Shown here piece by piece: positions 10,286 through 23,586 of a DNA stretch of 64,000 nt. This DNA is from Proteromonas lacertae (Eukaryota): positions 1-64,000 of the forward strand of contig NGBS01000617.1 of assembly GCA_002245135.1 (NCBI GenBank), read 5' to 3'. Numbering within the stretch: position 1 is the first letter of the stretch; each line of letters starts with the position of its first letter. The position numbers were made by a program, and so were the translations under genes. The notes beneath the pieces were generated by a model, which ran no database searches, was not told the DNA's origin, and saw only the letters and a list, made by a program, of their open reading frames with translations.

Positions 10286-11332
10286 ATGAACAGAGATAAT
10301 GGAATTGTATTATTTTAGTGTCATATATTTTAGGAGGTTTTAAAAGAAAATTTGTTTAGAATCATTGTAAGCTAAGAATCAAATTATCATGTTTATAGAT
10401 CAGTGAGATTTGTTACTATTATGATATATTTGAGAGTATATATCGATGCTATATATTTATTGTAGATTTCAAGTTCAGTACTACTGAGTTTGGTGATTCT
10501 GAGGTTCACATTCTAAATATGGAGTATAATAGATGGTTGGTGGAAAATATTGAAACTCATTGGATAGAATATGAAAAGAGAATAGAAGATTCTTTCTTGA
10601 TTAAGATTAATCTTTGTGACAACAATAATACTGTCATTGATTGCATTACTATACAATTAAACAAGACAATTAGTCCAAGAAATACTGATATCAGTTTATT
10701 ATGTAATAAAATAGTATAAAATATTTGTTTTAAAATAGTTTTATTTTATTGAATCATTTCAGACAATATTAAAGTTATATTCATTTGTTAACAATAATAA
10801 TAATATATCACATATTATATTAAATGTATACAACAACAATAATCAAATATTAAATACTTTCACTATAAACAATATTCATCAAAGACAATCACTGAAAATA
10901 AGTAATTATGATGATAAGTATAAATTATTTGAATTATCATCACTATTAATTGTATATAATAATAATAATAATATATTTAATAGAATGATTGTATATTCAC
11001 TATAAATATATTATTCAAATAATAATAAAGAAAATAATAAGCAATGTTTATCAATAAGAGATAATATTATCTATAGATATTCACATATATTATACTGGAA
11101 AGCTATAGTGGAGATATTCAATCGAAATAATGATTATATCACTATCAGTGAGTTATCAAATATACTTAAAATACCGTATAATATATGTACTGAGATTGTA
11201 CATAAAATATGCAGAGGAAATATGTTATTATTATGTGAGAGAAGATGTGGGAATCTTATTATTAGAAATGAAGTGAATGAATTGAAGAAATATTTATCTG
11301 AATTGTTGCTTTTACAGTATGAGGTGAGATAG
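10286..11332 (+). CDS. Multi-exon gene, possible divergent HORMA-domain (Hop1-like) protein with a C-terminal winged helix
   Basis: Several 25-32 nt GT-AG introns. The spliced N-terminus LFRIIISEICYYYDIFENFKFSTTEFG resembles a HORMA start and ITISELSNILKIP is HTH-like. One frame problem near 11010. Confidence 0.45.
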
Positions 11333-11869
11333 TTATGCTTTAATTAAATATATAAATATCATTATTTTGTAATGTTGTGGTGTGTGTAATAGTTTTTTAA
11401 ATAGAATTAATCACATTTAGAAAATAATTATGATTTAAAACCTATAAAACTTATCACAAGAATGTATATAAAATATAATGTACTTTATATTTTTAATATA
11501 AATTTAAACAGTACGTTAATTCGTTACATAAATATAAATATCAAATACCTATATTAACAGATTCTATAATATAAGAATAAAGTGAATAACGTGATTATTT
11601 TAGGTCAATTTGTCAGATTATTTAAATCTCTTACACAAACTCATTTGACATTTTTACAGTAACTCATAAGGTTTTTAAAAAAGGTTGTATTATACTGTAA
11701 TATAATAACAAAGAAATAAACAGTATATAACATAATTGATAATATTTCTTTTCAAACAGGTATTCAAGCCTATCTATTAATCAAATGTTTTATTATTATA
11801 AAGACAAACTTATGAAGCTAATTATTCAAATAAAATTGTGGATATAATAAATTGTGGATATATCTCATT

Positions 11870-12060
11870 TGATTTTAATAATGGATTATTTTTTAGAATT
11901 TGGAGGAAGATATAATATATCATCATTTTTATAATTTGAAATGCGAGGATGATCAAGAAAAATTATCCATTATAAGTAGAATTCTTTGATTTTTAAATTG
12001 TTCAGGTATATTAGGAATTAAATTTATTTTAATATCTACCATATCCTTTTTAATATCCAC
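11870..12060 (-). pseudogene. Relic of a pogo/Tigger-type DDE_1 transposase
   Basis: With one indel it reads QRILLIMDNF-LDHPRISNYKNDDILYLPPNS, matching the 'LLxxDNxxxH...FLPPNTT' DDE_1 motif. Stops lie nearby. Confidence 0.55.
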
Positions 12061-12080
12061 AAAAAACTAGGGGTATTTTT

Positions 12081-14876
12081 TTTTGAACAGCTGCTCAAAT
12101 TTTGAACAGGCTGTTTCTAAAAGCGCCATGAATCTCATATTGAAATTTGTCTGACTATTATTAATTATTTTAGCTTTTCTGAATTGTGTGTGGTATTTAG
12201 ACATCATCAATGTTAATCATTAGAAACAATTAGATCGTTCTAGGTATCAGTCTATTATAAATAATATCTGTACACTGGACCTCCAGTTTTTTCTATTCTA
12301 ATCTCTCTATTTAGAGAGAATAATAAAAAACAAATAAAATTGACGCAAGCCAGGTTTGAACATTTTTTCAAATTTTTATATTTTGAGCACCTGCCTCCTA
12401 TAGGAAGTAAGGGCGCAATATAATAATATATTATGTGTATATGATGATTTTATCAAACATTCATTTAATAATATTAATCAAATTTTCATAATCTAGCTAT
12501 TTCCTTAATTAGTAACAATTGATTCCTAGCAAAATAAAATAATACTAGCTAATAACGCTTGTCTATCAGTCTATATATTATAAGACCTATTTGTACTATT
12601 ATTAAACATATTTGTAAATATTGCGAATTATAACAAACAAAACACTAACAAATGTATATTTATTTGTTACTCAGTGATAATTTAACAATTTTCTTAAAAA
12701 CAAATCATTAAAGTAAATTTTGGCAATCTTACATCTATTCGAGTAAGTCAACATATTAGCCATTGGATAAGTTAAGAATTTAAAATCATCTACTTCTCGT
12801 TTTATAATCATGAATTTTGACAATTTGCTTTCTAAAGCATTTCTTATACCTACAACGAAGATATCTCTATTGAATTGTAATTGATATACTTCTACTAATC
12901 TTTTCATATATTATAAAGCTACTTCTTTTATATTCAATTTACCTCTCATGATTTAGCTTTCAATATCTCAACTTTTACAACCATTCTTTAAAAATTTTCA
13001 GGTGTAAGAAGATCTTTATCATTTGTAATTGTAACCATTTTTATCATTTGTAAGTATAAATATCATAAATTACTTCAATTGGTGGAATTCCATTTTCATT
13101 TAACTTACTTATTTAGTAATAATCTAATGTCATAGTTTTTTCACCTTCAAACAATTCAATTAACACATCGGGTTGTTAATTACTGTATGTACTAAATACT
13201 TGAGTATTATTAACTAAAATGTTAATAATTCTTTTAATCTACACAATTATTACACCACTAACTTTTATAACAACATTTCATTTTATAACAACATTTCATC
13301 CAGTTTCTCATCTCTATCAACACTATTGTAAAAGTAACAGATTGTATTCCTGCAGTAAAAGCTAAATCTATTTAAATTGAATTATATGCACATATTCTAT
13401 GCATAAGGTTTCTAACATCATTTTTTGCTTTTGTCTTATTATAAACATTCTAATTTGTATTGTTTAATACTCATAATATCTTCAAAATTCAAAAATTGGT
13501 TCAAACTTTAGCTTGAAAATCCCATTTATTTTTGTGTTTTTTGGATGATATATGTGGATTATGAAATATTTTTTGTATATAATAAATTTATTTACACATC
13601 TAGAACAAAATGACAACAATAATTATTTTTAAAAGTAAAGTAGAAGAAAAAATGGTAGTAGAATATCCACAGATCCCCCATTGCTTGAACAATTTGAGAA
13701 AGCTGGATATAAAGTAGAAGCAGATATATATATAATCCAAATATTATAATGGTTATTGAAATCACAGTTGATGTTAGTGATTATTTAAAAGAATATTAAT
13801 ATCTTATATTCTGGAGGATGTTTTTCAATTATTTTCAAGTATATATTATCCTAAAAGTTGATTATGATTGTCTATTATGTAATTAAATTCTTAATTAGAG
13901 ATGTTTTTATAAAACAACATTAGAGGATAAGAATGTTATATTTTGTAAACAGATAGAATAGTAGAAGAATATTGATTGTGTAAATAAACACATAAGCATA
14001 TATGTCAATTTCAATCAAGTAGTTAAAACATAATATGGCAAATGAAAAGAAATAGAATCTATTGATAACAAATATAATTCAATTATAGTTAAATGTACAT
14101 CTATTGTTAATAAGAAATGCTTTAGAAAGCAAATTATCAAAATTCATGATTATAAAACGAGAAGTAGATGATTTTAAATTCTTAACTTATCCAATGGCTA
14201 ATATGTTGACTTACTCGAATAGATGTAAGATTGCCAAAATTTACTTTAATGATTTGTTTTTAAGAAAATTGTTAAATTATCACTGAGTAACAAATAAATA
14301 TACATTTGTTAGTGTTTTGTTTGTTATAATTCGCAATATTTACAAATATGTTTAATAATAGTACAAATAGGTCTTATAATATATAGACTGATAGACAAGC
14401 GTTATTAGCTAGTATTATTTTATTTTGCTAGGAATCAATTGTTACTAATTAAGGAAATAGCTAGATTATGAAAATTTGATTAATATTATTAAATGAATGT
14501 TTGATAAAATCATCATATACACATAATATATTATTATATTGCGCCCTTACTTCCTATAGGAGGCAGGTGCTCAAAATATAAAAATTTGAAAAAATGTTCA
14601 AACCTGGCTTGCGTCAATTTTATTTGTTTTTTATTATTCTCTCTAAATAGAGAGATTAGAATAGAAAAAACTGGAGGTCCAGTGTACAGATATTATATAT
14701 AATAGACTGATACCTAGAACGATCTAATTGTTTCTAATGATTAACATTGATGATGTCTAAATACCACACACAATTCAGAAAAGCTAAAATAATTAATAAT
14801 AGTCAGACAAATTTCAATATGAGATTCATGGCGCTTTTAGAAACAGCCTGTTCAAAATTTGAGCAGCTGTTCAAAA
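12081..14876. repeat. Long inverted repeat: 767-bp arms (12081-12847 and 14110-14876) around a 1262-bp spacer
   Basis: Arms are reverse complements with only about 2 mismatches seen. Both carry the same ORF tail RNALESKLSKF...RKLLNYH and repeated TTTGAACA/TTTGAGCA motifs. Confidence 0.93.
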
Positions 14877-15510
14877 TAGAACTTTCCAAAAAACTAACAT
14901 CAAATGAGATATATTACTTCTAGTTATACAGGTTTGATAGTATATCAAAAGATAGAGCAAATAAAAGTAAACTGGAAATCAAAAAGAAATAAGAAATTAC
15001 TTAACTATATCACACGAATATTATCTTGAATTTCAACATATGGTGCGGTGTTTAAAAACTCATTTCTACAAAATTCGTCAGTTAAATTTACGTAATGCAT
15101 ATAATCAACAATTTAATTAGCAATTAAGCTATATATATGTTTATGCAAAAAAAGAATTGTTGTTTTGGAAAGAGTCGTTTCAGAAATGCCAAGTTTGTTT
15201 TTAAAAGTATTTGTAGGAAATAATAATATCAAATCAAATAAAATAAACATAAATATAAAATAGTTTATATCTAGAATATTTTTAATTCTTTAGAATAATA
15301 GAATCGAAATTAAAAATAAAAATATACCATCAACTTACTCTATACTATCATAAAATAGCTAATGTGCTTATTTTATGTCATTTTTGCGAAATTCTGTTAT
15401 ACAACCTTTTAAAAAGGTTGTATAACACAAAAAAACACATTACAACTTTTTTGAACACCTCTTTTAAAAGATTTAATTCGTTTTTTCTCAAGACGAAAAC
15501 CTGCAAAAAC

Positions 15511-18500
15511 ATGGCAACTATTGAACCTGCCGACCCAGTTGTCGTGCCAGATACTGCCAATGCTGAGGTTCCACCTGAAAATGCCACAGAGAACCCTCCA
15601 GCTGATTCTAATACAAATGTAGAAAGCCAAGAAACAAAAGAACCTGCAACTGATGCAACAGGTAATAAAGCAGAAGGTGAATCTTCTGAACCACCTGTTG
15701 AGCAAAAACCATCAATTAATACTCAAATGGCAAATGAAGTAAAAGCATCTGAGAATGAAGAGAAAAAAGATGAACCTTCAGGATCAGATGTTAAGAAGGA
15801 AGAAACAACACAGCCAGTATCCGTAGAAGAAAATAACAAAAGAAATGAGGTGAAAATTGATGTTAAAGTAGATGATTGGGATAATGCTGACGAAGCTCTT
15901 AAGCATGGCACATTGGCTTATTATGAAAGTGTGAAAAGAGGAATGCCAGAATTACCTGCATTAGACTTAATATTATCAGGTTATACATACTATGCTACAG
16001 TTGCTGATGGTAATAAAAACGAACCAACCGGTGTATTTACCGTTATAAGAAATGCATTAAAATATGTGACATTCCAAACTAAATTCCATAAAAAGATCAT
16101 TCTAGACAATATTAACTTATGTTTCCCAGCTGGTAGTAATACAATTATACTCGGTACTCCAGGTTGTGGTACAACATCAATATTAGACGCATTAGGTGGT
16201 AGAAACAACAATGGTAAGATAGAAGGTGTATGTCAATACGGAGGTAAGAATATTAAAGACTACCATTGGAACAGATTAGCAATAGTTTGTGAACAATTAG
16301 ATTTCCATAATCCCACTATGACTGTTCAAGAGACAATGGACTTTAGTAAAAAATGTTTAAGTGGACCACATTCCTTCTACAATGGAACAGATGTAGAGAA
16401 AATATTCATGAAAGACATTGATTGTAAATCTGACATTATAATCAAATCATTAGGTTTGTCAATATGTGCTGAAACAATAGTTGGTGATAATCTGACAAGA
16501 GGTGTCAGTGGTGGTGAAAGAAGAAGAGTGACATTAGGTGAAATATTGGTTGGTCCACAAAGAGTAATATTATTAGATAAATTCAGTACTGGTTTAGATA
16601 GTGCTGTAACAATTGATATAGTAAGAATGTTAGGTCAATGGGCAAAGACATTCAATGGAATTGTAGTTGCTGCTATGTTACAACCTGATCCAGAGATGTT
16701 GGAGTTATATGATCAATTGATATTATTGGAGAAAGGAAATGTAACTTATGCTGGCCCAACTAAAGATTGTTTACCATATTTCGAATCATTTGGTTATTCA
16801 ATGCCGCAAGAGAAAGATGCTGGTAGTTTCATCAGTGAAATGGGTAGTTTCTCATTCAGAGAAGATCTTTCTCCAGGTAATCCAGTTCAAACAGTTGAAC
16901 AAATGAGAAAACAATATGAACAATCCAATTACTTTAGTGATATGAAGAAGAATGTAGAGAAATCGTTAAACAGTAATCAAGATTTATTCACTAACAACTT
17001 CGCTAAGAAAGTATACAAGAATAATTATTCACAAAATATGTGTCAAATGTTTTACACTACACTTGCAAGACAGAGTAATTTATTATACAGAGATAAGTTA
17101 TATGTATTTGGTAGAGCATTTGAGAATATATTATTAGGTTTGGTATTATCATCTGTATTCAAAGATTTACCTACAGATCCAATCATGAGATTTGTTTATT
17201 TATTCTTCTTCCTATTGTTCATTACCTTTGGACATTTCTCTCAAATTGGTACTATCATTCAGCAAAAGGAAGTGATGAAGAAACAATTAAGAAAGAATTA
17301 TTATTCGGCTTTCTCCTATATTGTATCTAGTATTGTATGTCAATATCCATTGATGGTAATTGAGACGTTATTAATTGGTATTCCGCTGTATTGGATTCCT
17401 GGACTTAGTGATTTACATCATAGTAGACATTTCTGGATCTATATAGGTTGTGGTATTTGTATGAGTTTGGATATTATGTCATTAATTAGAGCGATTATTA
17501 TGATATTTGATACTGAATCTGTTATAACTGGTGCTGTTCCATTGATTATTTTTATTATTGGTAATTTGGCTGGTTTAACAATCAATATTGAAGATACTCC
17601 TTGGGTATTAAGATGGATTTATTATATTAATCCTTACAATTATGCTATGAAGATATTAGTAACAAATGAATTCTTATCTGGATCATATGATATTAATCCT
17701 AGTAGACAAGTTATTAATTTCTATTTAAAAATGATGTCATTCCCAACAAAAGATGATGATATGTGGGCTTGGTTTATAGTTATGCTTGGAATGCATATTA
17801 TTTGTATATATATATATTATTTACTTAAATAGATGTTGCATTTACAGTTATAGTCGTTTCAATGAAGAAAATCACAACAACAATCTCCTATGTAGTTGAT
17901 GATGAAGATGTAAAGAAATTAAATGAACATCAGAGACAAGAGAGTTTACAACAAGTAAGAAGTAGCAGAGGATCATTATCAATTGAACAAGTTACATTAT
18001 CATTCCGAGATTTATGTTATTATGTGAAAGTGAGAGATCCAAGAACAAAGACATGGGAAGATAGACAATTGTTAGATAACTTAAGTGGTTTTATTCGTCC
18101 AAATACTCTAACTGCTTTAATGGGATCAAGTGGTGCTGGTAAAACAACTCTGTTAGATGTATTAGCAAGTAAAAAGAACACAGGAAAGATAACTGGTGAT
18201 ATATTATTGAATGGTCAAAAGATAGATAAAGTGTCATTAACTCACTATTTGGGATATGTTGAACAATTAGATAACTTACCAGCTAAAGAAACAGTACAAG
18301 AAGCATTAGAATATAGTGCTAGAATGAGATTACCAGCTAGTACAAGTGAATCAGCGATAAAAAGAATAGTTCGTGAAACTCTTGAGTTATTAGACTTGAA
18401 GAAATATTCAAATATGATGATTGGAAAACCAGGAAATGGTTTATCAATGGCAATTCGTAAGTTGATAATGACAGGTATAGAATTAGTAGCCAATCCACCA

Positions 18501-19796
18501 ATCATCTTCTTAGATGAACCAACCACAGGATTAGACAGTAACAGTGCATTATTAGTAGTTCAAGTATTAGAAAGAGTAGCAGCAACAGGTCGAAGTGTAA
18601 TTTGTACAATCCATCAACCATCTTTTGAAATATTCAAACTATTTACTGATATATTGTTATTAGAAAGAGGTGGAAGAATGATCTATTTAGGTCCAATGGG
18701 TGAAAACAGTAGTTCATTAGTAGAATTCTTAGAAGGTCATCCCGATGTTCCCAAACTACCTCCACATATGAATCCAGCTGGTTGGATGTTAGAAGTAACA
18801 GGAGGAGGTGTGAATAAAGCCAGAACAGAAATGTCAGGATATTATTTAAAGAGTGAACTATATCAATCTAATATGACAACTTTAGAAAATATCGAAAATG
18901 CTGATTGTCGAAAATTGCCAAAGTTAAAGAGATATATGAGACCATTCATGTCCCAATTTTCAGCTACCATGGGAAGAGTATGGAGATTTTACTGGAGATC
19001 ATCTGATATTACACTTCCTAGAATTGGTGTTTGTATTTTAATTGGTATATTGATGGGAGTAATGTATTGGGATTCTAAAGGTATTTCTGTTGCTGGAGTT
19101 CAAGCTGTAATGTCTGCAATATTTATTAGTGGTTTGTTTATTGCAATATTTGCTACTTCATCTGCTTTACCAGGTATGTTTGATGAAAGAGGAGTTGTTT
19201 ATCGTGAAATTGATATGAATTTCGTAAGACCATTTGCGTACGTATTATCATATTCATTAATCGAAATTCCAATGTCATTGATAAGTGCTTTGATTAGTAC
19301 TGCATTTATTTATCCAATGGTAAACTTCAAAGATGATGTAGATGCTGTATTCTTCTATATTGTTTCATTTACTTTGATTGTATTATTTGCAACGTATTTA
19401 GGTCAAGTAATTGTATATCAAACTCCCTCACTTCAAGTTGGTTTATTAGTAGCAATTGGTATATTAGCAATTCTTGCAGTTATGTCTGGTTATGCTATTA
19501 CAGTTGATCATTTGTGGATAATCTTTAAGATAATTTACTGGATAGATCCTGTTCAATATTATTTCACTGGAGCTGCTGCTTCTCAATTACATTGTGAAAA
19601 AGATGCGTCAGAATGTGTAACTATTACTACAACTCCAGGTGCACCAGGAATTCCAATTAATATGTATATTGATAAAGTGAAAGGATTAGATTATGATAGA
19701 AGATGGTTGAATTTAATTGCCATATTTGGCTGGTGTTTAGTATTAAGACTTCCATTCGCTTATGCGATGTTAAAGATTAGATTTATGACAACATAA
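15511..19796 (+). CDS. Full-size ABCG/PDR-type transporter (NBD-TMD)x2, intron 17804-17832
   Basis: Degenerate NBD1 (GTPGCGTTS, VSGGERRRV, LLDKFSTGLDS) and canonical NBD2 Walker A GSSGAGKTT with FLDEPTTGLD. A 29-nt GT-AG intron joins the two ORFs in frame. Confidence 0.93.
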
Positions 19797-19982
19797 ATCT
19801 AAATCTTATTATATTACATTTATTATCTTCATTCTTTTTAATATTGCTTGTTTTATGAATATTTACAAAAGAAATATATCTATTTTTATATATAGAACTA
19901 TTGATTACTATGTTTATTTGAATTTTTGATTTTGATGGTGTGTGACAATTTTCGTAACCCATAATTTTCAAAATCCTTTAAA

Positions 19983-21280
19983 ATGATTAAACATGTCTAT
20001 ATTTTTATGATATATATTTGGATGCATGCTAATTGCTTTTCTGTACCTACTCCTGATAAAATTATTATAGTTGGAGATATAAATGTGTTAAATATGGTTA
20101 GGAACTTTTATGAAGAAGTGATAATAAAATATAATGTTCCAAATTTTAGCATGGTTGTATGGAATCCTTCATCTTATGATGTATATAAAAGTTATGGAAT
20201 TCCAGTGGAATACTCTCCTATCAAGCTAAATGATGAAGTAGGATCAACATTTCAATATAGTGAAGGTTTTACAAAAAAGATAAATGATAGATATAGAATA
20301 TTATTAGAATATTTAAAACAGAAAGTGTCTGTTTTGAGTTTAGATGCAGATTTATATTTCTTCGAAAATCCATTGACTTTGTTGAATTATGTGAATCCAA
20401 ACGATGATATTACATTTTCAACTGATTATAATAATCCAGATCATACAGAATTAAATGTTGGATTGATGTATATAAAACCAACAAATGAATCAATAAAACT
20501 ATTCGAAAGAATGTTAAAAATATTGAAAATAGCTCAAAGTGATTTTGCATTTATAGATCAAGGAATAACAAACTTAGTTATATCATCAAAAAGAATGAAA
20601 AACTTAAAATATGGAATGTTTGATATGATGACATTTGCAATTGGATTTTTCTATTTTCGATATTTTAAATATTTTGTTGATGATGAAATGAAGTATGATA
20701 TAAAAACAATTGGATTTCATAACAACTGTATAGTCGGAGGAATAGCTAAGATTTATCGATTAAAAGAGTTGGGATTATGGAAAATAGATGATAATGAATA
20801 TTATTCTTCAAAATTAAGCAAATATATAAGATTTAATACACCAATTGATTTGAAAATAATAAATAAATATGATGCGATGATATTTTTATTGGAAATAGGA
20901 AGAAGATTAAACAGAACAATCATTTTACCAAGATTTCTCTTTCATAAAAATGATGAAGATATTTATCGCCCTTTTCTATATGCATTTGATATAACATCTT
21001 TTGAATCATCTTATGGATTGAATTATAGAGAAAATATATCATTTTTAAATGCACATTATCATTTCATTTATGGCTACTTTAATATTTGAAAGTATTTTTA
21101 CTATCTCCATTAGTTCCAAGAGAAGTGAAAGAAAGTGATACTACGATATGTGCAGATGAAAAAGATTTATTGTTAGTAAATTCATCTGTTATTTCTCTCT
21201 CTTGCATAATTAATATAACGAATTCATTTTTTAAGAATCAATATAAAGAGATATTAATAGATAGTCAGATGGATATATAA
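19983..21280 (+). CDS. GT77-like nucleotide-diphospho-sugar transferase, paralogue 2 (exons 19983-21035, 21092-21280)
   Basis: Same motifs as 7464..8764, with long identical blocks and the same 56-nt interruption. Confidence 0.8.
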
Positions 21281-21403
21281 TTATCTATTATTTTTTTAAT
21301 TTATATCAATGGAGTGATTTTGAGTTTGTGAGAAAAAAAATGATTAATGAAAATATATTCGTTTCATAATAATTAGTTTTTCATTTTTAAAGATATATAC
21401 ACC

Positions 21404-23482
21404 ATGAAGAACAAAAATGAAAGTTATATTAGTCATATTGATGGATTGAGAGGATATTGTATAATATTAGTGATGTTATTTCATCTTCGTTTTATATGTT
21501 TTGATTATGGTTATATTGGAGTAGATATATTCTTTGTTATATCAGGATATTTTATAACACAATCACTGGAACTGAATAAAGATGAATCCTTTATTAAATC
21601 ATATTTGTTTTTTCTAAACAAGCGTTTGAAGAGAATATTACCATGTTCTTGTATAGTATTGTTGATATATTTAATCTACAAAATGAATGAGAATACTACA
21701 AATCCAATAATATTTAATGATAATTATTACAGTTCATTATTTTTATCAAATAAGTATTTTGAAAGTATAAAACAAGACTATTTTAGTAATTTACATCCCA
21801 GTGCTATATTGAATTATTGGTCTTTGTCAGTGGAGTTTCAATATTACTTAATATATCCTATTTTATTTTATATAATAACCAAAACATCAAAATATTTACT
21901 GATAATATTAATCCTCTTATCATTAATATATGGAATGAAAGGAATGTATATTGAAAATGATGTTGTAGTATATTATTCATTATTTTATCGTATGTTCGAA
22001 TTAAATATAGGCGGATTAATGAAATTAACTAAATATGAAAACAATGTGAATGAAATATTGTTATGTTTATTGTTTATATTTTTTCCAGTCATCTTCCACT
22101 TTGTGAGTGTATTTGTTGTATATAATAATTCTAAAATAATAATAGATGAGATGATGTTGTTTTGTGTGATAATGATAAGTTTATTAATAATCAGTCATAA
22201 AGAGATGAATAATACAATCTTGAATAACAAAGTAATTGTTTATGTTGGAAAATGTTCTTATGTAATATATCTAATTCATTATCCATTGATAGAACTATTA
22301 CCAACATATAACAGATATGTAAAAGTAATAATCATATTAATCTCAAGTATATTATTGTATGAAATATATGATAAAAGAATCCAAAAATTGAAAATATCTC
22401 AGACACAAATAATTATAATGAATATATTATTATTTGTAATACCATTTGTGAATAGTTATATATGTTATATAAAATATGATTATTATCAAGAGAAATTATT
22501 GAATTATTATCCAATATCAGTAAATTCATCAGAAAACCATATATCTGAATATGTATCTTCAATAATATCAAAATCAGATAATGATGATGAAAGAGTAATT
22601 CCTTTAAATTTACACAATTTTGATAAACCAATCAATTATTTTAGATTATATGAAGATAATCCATACTTATTGTATTTTCATTTTGGTGATATTACGTGTG
22701 ATTTTTGTAGTTATTATCCAAACAATTATAATCCTAGACAATCAATTTTAGTGGTTGGAGATTCATACTCAATTCAATGGTTATGGATAATAAGAAAATA
22801 TGCATATGTTAGAAATCTAACTTTAAGATATATCCATATTACTAATGCTGATTTTATAGAAAGAAAATATGAAATGATTGATTCATATTTTCATATAATT
22901 ATTACTGTGTTTAGTTGTTACCACCATAAAATAGAAAATACATATGACAAATTTGTAGAAATATATAAAGAATTTGTATATTCATTAAGTAAAAATAGTG
23001 ATATAATAATATCATTTGCTAATCATCCTATGTCTAGAACGAGTAGAAATTATTGTGTGTGTGGAGAATGTATAACAAGAAGGCTACCAAAATGTTACAC
23101 AATCAATGGAATTAACTCAACATATGTGAATTTCCCTCCAAAATTAAGTATTGCAAACTATCATATAATAAATGTAACAGATGAATTATGTGTAAATAAT
23201 ATTTGTTCATGTGTAATTGATGATTATATTGTATATGATTATTTGTATCATTTGAATCCTGCCATTGTGTTGAAGTTTTATTCAAAAGTTGAAAATGAAT
23301 TAGATAGAATATTGAATAATGAATATGTTGTTGTTAGAAAATATAATGCTAGCGATAAATGTTCATTAATAATGATGAATAATATGCCGCTATATTGTAG
23401 AAGACATATTACACAACATAAGAGTGTTTCAAGAGAATATAATGATTATTATTATAATTACAATATAAGTAATTATAAATAA
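21404..23482 (+). CDS. Acyltransferase-3 + SGNH fusion (OafA/OatA-like O-acetyltransferase)
   Basis: HIDGLRG, LFH, GVDIFFVISGYFIT, KRLKRILP, YWSLSVEFQYY and SYVIYLIHYP, then an SGNH domain with VVGDSYS and DYLYH. Intronless. Confidence 0.9.
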   Translation: MKNKNESYISHIDGLRGYCIILVMLFHLRFICFDYGYIGVDIFFVISGYFITQSLELNKDESFIKSYLFFLNKRLKRILPCSCIVLLIYLIYKMNENTTNPIIFNDNYYSSLFLSNKYFESIKQDYFSNLHPSAILNYWSLSVEFQYYLIYPILFYIITKTSKYLLIILILLSLIYGMKGMYIENDVVVYYSLFYRMFELNIGGLMKLTKYENNVNEILLCLLFIFFPVIFHFVSVFVVYNNSKIIIDEMMLFCVIMISLLIISHKEMNNTILNNKVIVYVGKCSYVIYLIHYPLIELLPTYNRYVKVIIILISSILLYEIYDKRIQKLKISQTQIIIMNILLFVIPFVNSYICYIKYDYYQEKLLNYYPISVNSSENHISEYVSSIISKSDNDDERVIPLNLHNFDKPINYFRLYEDNPYLLYFHFGDITCDFCSYYPNNYNPRQSILVVGDSYSIQWLWIIRKYAYVRNLTLRYIHITNADFIERKYEMIDSYFHIIITVFSCYHHKIENTYDKFVEIYKEFVYSLSKNSDIIISFANHPMSRTSRNYCVCGECITRRLPKCYTINGINSTYVNFPPKLSIANYHIINVTDELCVNNICSCVIDDYIVYDYLYHLNPAIVLKFYSKVENELDRILNNEYVVVRKYNASDKCSLIMMNNMPLYCRRHITQHKSVSREYNDYYYNYNISNYK

Positions 23483-23586
23483 ATATAATATATATATATG
23501 TGTATGTTTAGTTATTTAATATTTTTTAACAAACAATTTCTATAATAGAACGAATAAAAAATTGATATTAATACAAATATTACCAT

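Noticed and set aside
12671..14286. ORFs 12671..12907 and 14104..14286 as functional genes
   Set aside because: They are the same short tail duplicated in the inverted-repeat arms, and upstream frames contain stops.
15364..15510. N-terminal extension of the ABCG ORF from a GTG start
   Set aside because: Eukaryotic gene; the first ATG at 15511 begins a typical disordered N-terminus.
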